A DNA stretch of 64,000 bases from Zancudomyces culisetae HAW-14-8. Lineage: Eukaryota > Fungi > Kickxellomycota. The notes beneath the pieces were generated by a model. It was not told where the DNA came from, ran no database searches, and saw only the letters and a program-made list of their open reading frames with translations. The translations under genes and the position numbers were made by a program. Shown one piece after another: positions 12,357 to 23,435 of the stretch. Location: positions 868,001 to 932,000 of the forward strand of contig JBNJNM010000021.1 of the NCBI GenBank assembly GCA_052426225.1. Reading direction: 5' to 3'. The stretch's first letter is position 1. The number at the start of each line of letters is the position of its first letter.

Positions 12357-12878
12357 CTACACCAAATCGTTAGCCCAATTCGCTGCTTGGATCTCTGCAT
12401 CAAGCGTGAAAATTTGTTTATCAAGATCATCAATCTGCTCTTGTATTGCGTCGATATCCATGGTTGCAACATTCTCAATTTCAGTTATAGTATATCTCCT
12501 TTGTTGACGTGATGTGTATTTAACAACCGCACGCAAAATTCCGCGTAGTCTCAGTAAACGCTCATGTTTTGCAACCGCTGCAATTAGGGTCATCCCACTT
12601 TCTGTCTTTGTATGCAAATTGGTGTTTTTGATTCTGATATCCAGGTCCTCAAATTCACGTATCTTAGCATATAACTTGTAAAGAAGAATTTTAGGGTCTT
12701 CAGTTGGCGAGATTCCTTCTTGTACAACGGAGTTGGCTGTTATCCGGCTCGTTATATCGTCTATGGTGATTTTGAGACCACTTCGCCGTTCCAGGGCTTC
12801 GGCTAACTTTATTATTGCAACATTTCCTTTTGAGGGTCGAGTATTTTCTGGTGCTTTCACTTCTTTTGGAGTATGCAT
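12357..12878 (-). CDS. DIP1984-family ('septicolysin'-like) helical protein of bacterial type, 173 aa
   Basis: ATG at 12878 (gcagccATG). KLAEAL..R, VQEG..P.EDP..LL, RI..TN, GMTL..A.A, R.Y...EI..V...D...Q..ID.L.K....LD..IQ.ANW..DL match the family pattern from recall. Intronless. Confidence 0.82.
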   Translation of the reverse strand: MHTPKEVKAPENTRPSKGNVAIIKLAEALERRSGLKITIDDITSRITANSVVQEGISPTEDPKILLYKLYAKIREFEDLDIRIKNTNLHTKTESGMTLIAAVAKHERLLRLRGILRAVVKYTSRQQRRYTITEIENVATMDIDAIQEQIDDLDKQIFTLDAEIQAANWANDLV

Positions 12879-13126
12879 GGCTGCTATACTATTGCATAGC
12901 AATATATTTTGAACATACTGGGCAAGAAGAAGCAATAGAAACGAAGTCAACTATTTAAGTGCTATTCACCACCTTAATTAAATCGATTTTAAGTACTTCT
13001 GACAGGATTGCTGCGGAAACTTCGTCTATCTATTGACACAAAATACTACTGCGGATATACGACAAGTGAGTCACTTTATGATATTTATTGGGTGATTTTA
13101 AAAAATAAAAACAAAATAAAAAAGAG

Positions 13127-16100
13127 CTAGCTAGAATCTTTTTGTACAAACGAAGCCAGGGTTCCATTATCAAGCGTCAAAGTGTAGTCATAGTCATACA
13201 CGGTGTTCAATCTATGTGCAATTGTAATAATCGAACACTTGTGTACCACATTTAACTGCTTTATGACACGGATAAGCTGCTGTTCGGTGCGGTAGTCGAC
13301 AGATGCCGTGGCTTCATCAAGAATGATAATCCTAGATGATGATCTGCGTAGCAGTGCACAAGTAAGGCTCACAAGCTGCTTCTGCCCAGTCGATAAATTG
13401 GCTCCTTTTTCGTGAATGATAAAATCTAGGGAGTCAATAGTTACACCATCAAACAAACCAGTCGCTGCAACCGCAGCAAGTAGCTGCTCATCAGGATATT
13501 CGTCAAAAAGATCCAGATTGTGTCGCAGTGATCCTGAGAAGAGTAGTGGATCTTGTGAAATAATGGTAATACTTTGGCGCAATTTGGTGAGCGGAACAGA
13601 TGAGATATCGACTCCGTCTATAAGAATATGAGAGTCCATTTTTTGAACGCGTTCAACTAGACGAAGTAAGGCAAGTGTTAGTGTAGATTTTCCGGAACCA
13701 GTACGGCCGACAACAGCGAGTGTTTTTGCAGGGGGCAGAGTAAACGAGATATTGTTAAGTGCAAATTTATCAGTGTTGTCATATTTTACGGAAAGGTTCT
13801 TAACCACCAACACGCCAGAGGAGGGCCACAATGAAGTTTCACCAGTGGTATTAGGTTGTGGGGGTATAATTGATAATACTTGGACTTGCTGGGGAAGCCT
13901 ATCTTCAAAGTACTGAGAAATGTGTTCCATGGCGTTCATTCCCAGTTCCAGGTCGGCATAGTCACGGATTGTCCACATGGCATATATGTTGAAGCCAAGT
14001 GCGTAGCTCAGCACAAACCCAGCAAGGCCTGAGTCAAGCCCAGAGTTTGGGAAGTAATCGATGGCAATTATAATCATGAGAGAGGCAAAAAAGGAGACCA
14101 GCGATCCTATACTATCTGTGGTTAGACTAACCCAGCGATTTAGTGACCACTCAAGATAATAAGACCGGTTGTTTGTATCTACACGCCGGGCCGTTTCCAA
14201 GATATAGTCATGAGTCTTGTTGAATGCTCTGATTACCGAGCTACCATTGCCACCTAGTTCGACAAAGATGCTGAGAACTGGCGAAAGCGTGTTGGAATCC
14301 AATCTTTTAATCTCGCGAATGGCGTTTAAATATTTAACTGAACGTGAGAGAAATATGGCAGTTACAGCCGCCGAAACGATAATAAACGCTGGAGTTACTG
14401 AAATTACAACAACAAACACTGAGATAGCGCTGATAACGTGGCTCAAAAAATATGTAATATTTTCGATTATCCTTTCATCTAACCGCATGGTGTCACGCGA
14501 AAATCGATTAATGATTCTCCCAACCGGTGTTACGTCAAAAAACGAAGGTATAGCATTGGACACCGACTGCGTCAATCGGTAATGAATTTCTTTGCTACTT
14601 TTTATTCCGCCTTTGTATATGCTATAGTTTGCCAATTGTTGTAGGACAACAAAGAGTATACCAACAAGCAAGTACATGCTTAGGAAGTACATGGAATTGC
14701 TAGCGCTGCTGCTGTTGTCTTCAGATTGGAGCCAAATCCTTATCAAGTAATTTTGGAAAATTTGTACAATACGACTGCCTAGTGCCAACGATACTACTGC
14801 AACCCAAAACCAAGAGCCCCCCATTGAAGAAAAGTATGCCCACCATACATCCAGTCGCAGTGTACCATACTCCCGCTGCTCCTCTCCAGCATCTTCAACG
14901 TCTTCTGCATCGCTCTCATCACCATTGTCATCATCACCACCCTCGCTGTTACGGTTTGATGTCAAGCGTGAGTTTTTCAACTGTCTTTCTAGCAGTTTCT
15001 GTTGGTTAAATTCGTCCTCAGACGGGTCGCTTGTCTGTTTTTCCATTATTTGAGACAGAATTGGTTGAGTGTCATCTGTGGAGCTTGTTGAGAAGTAACT
15101 AAACACATTTCTTCCATTTCCCTGCTCAGCAACTCTCCCACTTTCCATAACCACAATCCAGCTGGCATATTTGGCAACCAAATCGACCATATGTGTCACC
15201 AACACTATTGTTCGTCCCTCCATTATTTTGCTTCTGGTGCTGGGATCAAAGCAGTAGTAAACAATGTGGTGTGCTGTTTGTGAATCTACGGCTGACAGCA
15301 CATCATCCAACAATACGCATTGTGCTTGCGAATACAGTGCTCGTGCCAAGCTGATTCTTTGCTTCTGTCCTCCAGAAAGTGTGATTCCGCGCTCACCTAC
15401 TTGACTTTGGTCACCATTAACCAACTGCCTGAAATCTGCCTTTAGTGCTGTCATTTTCAGTACTTGTTCGTATCTCTCAACGTCATACTCAGATCCAAAC
15501 AGGATGTTGTCTCGCACGGTTGCGTTCCTCAGCCATGATTCCTGGGGTACATAACCAATCATACTACCCCCAACAGATCCTGGCCGTGTGGTTGCTGCTT
15601 CCGTTGTTGCTGCTCCTCTTGGATACATCATGTATCCCTCAACAAGCTTCATCTCCCCTAACAACGCTCGCAACATTGAAGTTTTTCCTGACCCTACTTT
15701 TCCTGTTATAATTGTAAGTTTACCCCTCAAGAATTTTATGTTTAGGTTTTGTAACTTGAATTCGTTACTTTTAGTTGCATCTCCATTGTCAACATCTAAA
15801 AGTGGTGTGTTTTCGTTGCTTTTATGTTTGCAATCCCCTTGGTTTTGAGGTTGTGAATACTCCCAGGATAGTGTTGCATTAACAAAACCAAAATCACCTG
15901 TACTGGCACTCTCAGTTTCATCACTTTCTGATTGACCTGTCTTTGAGATATCATGCGAGTTATCCTCAATAAAACTCTCGAGTCGTCTTAATGACACTAA
16001 CGCGCTAAGGAGATATTTGATATCCTCGAAGAACATATCAAACACCACTTTCAAAATCTCAAACACTCCCAGTGATGTAAACGCAATACTGTTTGTCATT

Positions 16101-17626
16101 TCGTGCCCCAATATCACGGAATATATCAGAAACGAGCTAAAAAGCACCAAAATTGGGATGAACAACGTTCCAAACCCAATAGTTATCCATATCTTATTGA
16201 TTTCCCACAAATATCCCAGTTGGGTTGATCGAAGCTTTGTTATTTTTTCTACAAACTTTTCTTCCCACCCAAACAGCTTGACTGCACGCATCCCACCGAT
16301 CATTTCAGATACTGCTGATATTCGCTTATCCAATGCTGAGTTCTTCCTGTCTTCCAGATCTACCACTCGGTTAAATGTTGACTTTGTAAGTGGGTAGTAG
16401 CCTGCCATAATCACTATTCCGAATAGTGAAGATGGACCCAATAATTTATACAAATAAATTATTGCCACCAATGCTTAGATAAGACTGATAAAACAAAAGT
16501 CTATATATCCCGAGTACTCGGATACACGTGTTAGATCTGTGCTCACTAAACCTAGTGCCTCTCTCGTGCTGTTTTCTTGCCCAGATGTGTCTCCTTCCTG
16601 TTGTGCATTGTTGGATTTGACAGCTTCCTCTTCACCTCCTGAGCCCAGCGAATTTAGTGACTTTTCTGCAATTTCACAGCTCAGTGCATTTTTTAGTTTA
16701 ATAGACAGCTTCCTTCCTATCCACAACGATTGGTTTTCCATAATATATTGAATTGTTGTAAATATTAACAACCCGACACAGTACCCATATATTTCTGCTC
16801 GTCCATTTTGTTTTTCCTTTCTCTCTTTGTTTTCCAAGTAATTCAGTATCTGGTTTATAAAGAATGGCCCGCTAAACTTAAATACTGTCAACAAAAATCC
16901 TACAGAAACTTTGAGGATCAGTTCCCATTTAAGAAGAATAGCCAGCCTCATTAGTAATGACCTCTTTTTACTTTTATTTGTAGTGCTGCTAGCATCAGTT
17001 TTCTTGAATCGTTCCCAGCATGCACCCGGAAGATCATTGCCCTTAAACTTGAATAAATCTATATACTCTAACTTTACTCGGCCTGCTTTTTCAATAATTT
17101 CGTCAAGCCATGTAAAATACATGCGAGAAAGGAATGATGCCGAATATTCGGGTGATTCTACTAATTTAGTTGCGGATATATACACATTTCCACCATCTCG
17201 AGTTTGTTTCTGTCCCTGACCTGTACCTCTTTCTTGAACCTGTTCTTCGTTCTCATCTACTTTTTCGAGTTTAACTCCGGTGTATGCGAGACCCACTACC
17301 ATTGCATTGCCAATAACTAGGAACCAAATTATTAGATGGCGTATTAGATTACGGAGCATTTCATCTTTCACCAAGTCTGATTCACTAGATAAGAATCCAA
17401 GTAAACTATAAGTCTCGTACAAGCTAGCCAGGAATAGGAAAAAAATAGCTTGTGTAGTTGCCAAAGATACTCGATGTGAAAGGAATTTTCCTGTCCGATC
17501 AATGCTTTCAACGATTTTTCTCCCCGTGTACATCACCATTAATGTCCATGAGAGCGACATACTGAGTATTTCTTGTTTATTGTTTGGATAAATATTCTCA
17601 TTTAATACTATTACACTTATGTTCAT
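13127..17626 (-). pseudogene. ABCC/MRP (Ybt1/Bpt1/Ycf1-like) transporter interrupted by one in-frame TAA at 16475-16477; about 1499 aa if read through
   Basis: ORFs 16475..17626 and 13127..16471 share a frame (ATC TAA GCA TTG). L0 motif SPEYSASFLSRMYFTW; NBD1 GKVGSGKTS/LSGGQKQR/LLDD; FFDVTPVGRIINRFSRD; NBD2 GRTGSGKST/LSTGQKQL/ILDEATAS/IAHRL. Family call is secure, pseudogene status is not. Confidence 0.8.
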
Positions 17627-19218
17627 GTGTTAATACCACTCGCTATATTCATTGTTAGAAATGAAAAAAATTGGTGGAGGATGTTTAGGTGCTTCAAAAG
17701 TTTTTTCATTGATTCATCAAATGGAAAAGCACAAGCCAACTGGACCCAGCCTAAAATAAAACTAGATCCACTTCCCCCATTTTTAGACATCCCATTTCAT
17801 ATGTGAATATTATTCCCAAGTTTTGTTCTAAAGGGTAGTAGGATTATAAAGGCTAAATAATACCCAGATGAATTTAAAATATCCACTAACCCCCTCCCCC
17901 TAGTGGTCTTAACTTGATTTAGATTCAAAGCTAGATGGATTAAACATGTTTTAGTGGGTTTTTATATTGACTGAGTGAAACTCAGCAAAAAACTGTGGTA
18001 CACTTGGCAAACTACCAATATAATTTTATCAATACCCGATCCCCTGATTTTGGCTGGTTTGAATTGTTTGAACTTCCTTGGGGTCCACAAAAGATACAGT
18101 ATAGTATAAATAGCATGTACTCACTACTAAAAAAGGTATTGTTTTAGAACACCATACTTTCTCTGATATCTTATCAAATCTGGTGAATGGTGGAGTTATT
18201 ATATTAAATCTACTCATACCCTTGTAATTGATAAAAGAATACACTAAAAAACTTAACTGATGATATTCGACTACTAGCTGTGCAATTCGTTAAAATAGAT
18301 TCAGGTGAGAATATTGAAACTATAATCGATGAGTACACTTTTATTCATTTGATTATAAGCTACATCTAGAGGTAAAATCTCATCCAGGCACTTGGATTTT
18401 TACTTAGGAGGCACAACATTCCATGGGAATTTGAGGTAAGCGATTATACAAAATTCTAAAATGAAAACCTGTGTCTGTGTTCATGCAAAAAATGTTGAAC
18501 TAGGTCGTTAACAAGCAAATCCATCGACACACATAGACAAGTGAAAATAGTAAAAACAAAGAATATCCCATATTGAGAATAAGTTAAGTAGACACCCGTT
18601 CAGCACTCCTAGAGTATAAAATAATCATAGAAAATTAACTCACAGCACTTTTTAATATTTTTTAGAATAAAATTAAAGAACGAGATGTTGATACCCAGCA
18701 TAGTATTAAACCCTATCAGTCCTGTTTGAAAATTCCTTGCTTACCAGAACTAATCACTGTGTGGCATAATGGTGGTAACAATCAATATTCTATTTTTTAT
18801 TATTATTAAAAAAGCACATACTATTAAGAAGATGAAAATGTATTATCGCCCTGAGTAAGAAACGGGTTTCGCTAGGGAAATTCAGACAAAGCCAAAAGGT
18901 AAAAATCGTATAAATGGTTTATAAATGTTTGGTTTTTCAATTGTTTTTTTTTTTTCATTTCAACATCGAATGGTTACGATCATATATGAATATTTTGGAG
19001 TAATCCTAATGAAGAGTGTACTATTTCGTGTGTGTACATTTATCGCATTAAATACCAAGCCACCATATTATTGATGACAAATTGTAAATCTGCTTATTAT
19101 ACTCCCAGATCCTCGGGCCATAGAAGCTTTTTTATAAAATTTTTTGTATAATTTTCGGGGGTCAAAGTGCCTAAAAGTTAAAAGTATAATGCTCTGTGAA
19201 TTAACACGCTATAGTTAC

Positions 19219-19227
19219 TATATAAAG
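19219..19227 (+). promoter_or_regulatory. Putative TATA box of the subtilisin gene
   Basis: TATATAAAG about 160 nt upstream of ATG 19381. Confidence 0.45.
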
Positions 19228-19380
19228 AGAGAAAAAAAAGTGTTTTAGAATGATTTAAAACTCTTTTACACCAAATTAGATTTACATAGCCCCTACTACA
19301 CCTAAAAAACACTAACTAATTTTGCAATACATCGCTTTCTATTGCGCATCTATATATTTTTTATAAAGTTAGTTTGAATT

Positions 19381-20748
19381 ATGAAGCTGAGATCACTTTT
19401 CCTGGTATACTTGAGCGTAGACACGGCTCTTGGTATTGCTACTTCAATCACCAACAGTGATAGGAATAACAATACCAGTATCAATAACATTGATAGTGGT
19501 GATGGAAATGTCAGTGGTGACGGTAATGAAAATATAGGAGGTGATGTAGGTGGTGACGGTAATGGAAACGTTGGTGGTGATGGTGATGGTGATAGCGATG
19601 ATAGGTACAAATATATTGTGGTGCTCAAGCCTGGTGTTAAGCCCTCAGATAGTGGATTTATCAAGCATTTCGAAGACTTAAATTTAGATATCGCAAAACA
19701 TAATGCTCATAATATCTACCCGTGTAATGCATTGGAAAACGTGTATGAAGACTCAATAGTTGGATATTCGGGAGTTTTTAGTGACCATATTGTGGATTCA
19801 ATAAAGAATTCCGATATTGTTGAATACGTAGAAAAGGATATAAAGGTATCTAGTACTGACATGCAGATATCTTCGCCTTGGGGGTTGGCGAGAATATCTC
19901 ATAGAAAAAAACTAACCGCTCAAACGTATCAAACATATTTATATAACTCGAGATATTATCAGAATGCTACGGTATATATACTAGATACAGGAATTAATCT
20001 CGGGCATCAAGAGTTTGAGGGAAGAGCTTCATGGGGTGCGACATTTGCTAGAAATTCAACAAACGTAGATGATAATGGACATGGAACCCACGTTGCGGGT
20101 ATAGTTGGAGGAAAGACATATGGTGTAGCCAAGAAAGCCAACCTTGTTGCAGTCAAGGTGTTGAACGCAAATGGCACTGGTTATATATCAGATGTTATTG
20201 CAGGAATAAATTATGTGTTGAGTAGAGTTAAAGCTCAAAACAGTGCCACAGTAAATGGATCAGCAGCAGTTACCAATATCATTAACATGTCACTTGGAGG
20301 ATCTTTCAGTGCGGCTCTGAACCAGGTTATTAATAGTTCAACAAATTCTGGAGTACTGTTTATATCGTCAGCTGGAAATTCTAACGATGATGCATGTAAA
20401 TATTCACCAGCATCTGCAAATGGAGTAATAGCAGTTGGAGCAACGAATATTACAGATTCTAGGGCATCATTTTCATGCTATGGAGCCTGTGTAAATATTT
20501 TTGCACCTGGAAAAAGTATTGTTTCGGCATTTAGAGGGTCTAATACAGCAACTGCAGTCTACTCAGGTACCAGTATGGCTTCACCGCATATTTCAGGGCT
20601 TGCAGCATACTATATTATGACCTCGCAAAACAAATACAATGCGCAACAGTTGTATAACAAGGTACTTTCCTCAGGAACCAAAGGTGTACTTTCAAATATT
20701 GGTGCTGGGTCGCCAAATTTGTTGGGATACAACAGTATCAGTGGATAA
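19381..20748 (+). CDS. Secreted subtilisin-like (S8, proteinase K-type) serine protease with I9 propeptide
   Basis: Signal-like N-terminus, G/D/N-rich spacer, YIVVLK...VEYVEKD propeptide, PWGLARISHR; catalytic triad ILDTG, HGTHVAG, GTSMASPH. Confidence 0.95.
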   Translation: MKLRSLFLVYLSVDTALGIATSITNSDRNNNTSINNIDSGDGNVSGDGNENIGGDVGGDGNGNVGGDGDGDSDDRYKYIVVLKPGVKPSDSGFIKHFEDLNLDIAKHNAHNIYPCNALENVYEDSIVGYSGVFSDHIVDSIKNSDIVEYVEKDIKVSSTDMQISSPWGLARISHRKKLTAQTYQTYLYNSRYYQNATVYILDTGINLGHQEFEGRASWGATFARNSTNVDDNGHGTHVAGIVGGKTYGVAKKANLVAVKVLNANGTGYISDVIAGINYVLSRVKAQNSATVNGSAAVTNIINMSLGGSFSAALNQVINSSTNSGVLFISSAGNSNDDACKYSPASANGVIAVGATNITDSRASFSCYGACVNIFAPGKSIVSAFRGSNTATAVYSGTSMASPHISGLAAYYIMTSQNKYNAQQLYNKVLSSGTKGVLSNIGAGSPNLLGYNSISG

Positions 20749-23435
20749 ATGACCACCAATGGTAGTAGTCAAATGATATAGACATGTGTTTATTCAACTT
20801 TACACCGATTAATTTCCTCTCTTTTGTTGTTATTATTCTTATTAAACCATTCAGGTTCATAATCATATAATTATTTATTCTAAAATCAAAATTTACACAA
20901 CTTGGATAAATAAAGAAATTGCATACCTGGCAAAGAAATGTATAGGTTTATCCCGCTGTGTGGCTGTTCCACGCCTGCGCCTCTTCATTAAGATATATTT
21001 TTTTCGGCCTTTATTTGGTTTTCGATCTCTCATGCTTGACTTTTTCAGATATATACCAACGTTTTTACCATTATGTTTTAAATTTTTCTTTAAAAAATAC
21101 TATGGATTAGCATCAAAAGTGTGTAAACCTAGGTTATGCCATATCAGTAGGACAAGTGCTGTTTTCTTCAAATAGTGAAGAGCTAGAAAGAAAAGAAAAA
21201 GATAGCTATAACGGATGATGTAAGAACAAGCATCAAACGTAAAGGGAATTGAGCAGATAATACCACCAGACATGTATGGACTAGCGTTAATTGATTTTTT
21301 TCTTGTTTGGAGAGTACACGCACAGTGCGTGTGTTTCGAGCCGAATAATCCTCAGAGATTTGGTAAATAGTATCCAGATGGAACATCAGTATATTTTTTG
21401 ATCCTGATAGAGTTATTAAAAATAATAGCTTGATAAGTGTTGTTTATATGAGCAGATAATAAGAAATAGTCTAAAAGTAGTAACCGAATCGAAAAATGGT
21501 ATTCCATTCTACTCCACTTTCTGTTAGATATACTGTGACCAATGGTAGAATGTCGTGTGAGATGAGCACTGAATGCGCTTGGTACCACATCAGTCATAAC
21601 CGCAGTTTGCCATAGTAGGTCATGTAAGTTGTATTTATGGAGAATAAACCTAATTTACAGCACGGCTGTGCAATAGGGTAATCATCGCAGAATTTATGTC
21701 ATACCGGCGTTTATTCAAATTTACTACTCTTTTATGATGGTTTGGCTAGGGATTGTTCTTAAATCAAAAAATAGAATTATAGTAGATATATTTGAAAAAA
21801 ACACAAAAATATTGAATCAAATATATTACTATAGAAAGGTAGTCCGCTTATTAGTCTCAGAAAAATTGGGAATATATATAGTTTAGTATAAAGCAATAGT
21901 GGGTGCACAGGTAGAATCTATAGTCAAAGAAAATATAATTTATTGATTATTGGAGTAAACGCGAAGCTGATAAAATAAACGGTTCAGCTTTTGATCAGGT
22001 TATGTGCTCGACCAAAGTAAATTCAAAGTTTACAACGACCCCACATATCTAATTCTTGACCTATTTATATTGATTATTAAAAAAATGGAGAAAACAAAAT
22101 TCAATACAATAGCAGAGGTAATGTCGCAAGAACAATGGGCGCTTAACACAAATAATATTCAATCCATGGTTATGAACTTCAAGTTTCAATTGTATGTATG
22201 TTTTTTTAACAAGAATGATGAATAAAAACGGACATCAAAACCACCACACATCAGGCGAATTACTCATTTTTCTTGAAATAAAAAGCACTGTTTGCAAAAG
22301 ATCGAAACATTTCTAGTTTATTGCGGTTAGATTCACCAACACATTCGTCATTTTATTATTATCTTTTTTTTTTGTCTTTTTTAACATTTTCATATTTCCA
22401 TTCCCAAGATTTGCCCACCCAATGCCAAGATAAAAGGCAAGTGTACATATGAGCTTGAAAACAATTTTATGCGTTTTGGTGTTTAGCTTGCAAACGCTTG
22501 GGTTAAACGCAATGTAACCAATGGTTTTCGAATCAGAGATAATATTATTTTTTGCGCCAATTTTCAAACGATTTGGCCATTAAGATCATACTAAATTTAT
22601 CCACCATTTGTAATTTACCAACAAGCTAACCACTACAAAAACCCGTGATAAACTGCATTTGGTGTTTTATTTGCGAAAAATGTTACTATCACCCTGCTTT
22701 GACTTCACAATTAGCGTCAATGATTGGAAAAAACAAACCAATTACCCTTAAGTTTTGTACCACACACACCAGCAGTAATTATCCAGAAAGCTCAAATTTT
22801 CATCCAAATTTCGCGCCAATTGGTTTTTGAGATTCGGTGTTGGGTTCGGAAGTAAACAAGTGTGATGATACTTTTATTGGGAGGAGAAAACTGGCGAGGT
22901 CAAATTCCAGGTTGGTGCAGAGTAAATTGTCAAATTTGGCCAAATGATAGTTATATTATTGTGCTGAAAGAAAAAAGAATAAAAAAACTATAGAGTAGAA
23001 AAAGAAGAGCTGTATTTATACTTATAACACAGACGAGTATACTACACAAAGATAGTCAGTATACTAGTAGGTCATTTATCCCCGACCACTCACATTTTTT
23101 TACGGAAAAAAGGGGAAAATAGAACGGGGTTCGATTCAGGATTTTTTTAAACGTGTTGTATATGACTGATTGAAAAATTCCAATTAATAAGTAGAAATAC
23201 AAAGATTTAAGTCGATCAATTCCATTTCAATCAACTAGCGCCTTTTGGGCCTGACTTGCTTTTGACTAAAAGAAAATATAACAAGAAATAGCATTGGACT
23301 GACAAAATAAGCTTCGACCTATTTGATAAAGCAACGAAATAAAGGATAGTATCGTATAGTAACAAATTGAAAAAACGAGCAATTAACAGGTTTACAACAA
23401 GGGAAAAGCTTTATGAATTGAGGTAAAATTTTACA

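Noticed and set aside
16475-16477. Genome-wide TAA=Gln codon reassignment
   Set aside because: TAA terminates conserved genes at their expected ends (BiP after KDEL, MFS, subtilisin), and the poly-Q tract uses only CAA/CAG.
17640-18800. Possible transposon remnant between the ABCC and subtilisin genes
   Set aside because: Only short ORFs, with no RT, integrase or transposase motifs and no terminal repeats recognisable.
21183-21750. Overlapping short minus-strand ORFs with a hydrophobic tail
   Set aside because: No recognisable motif or consistent splice model; not distinguishable from chance.
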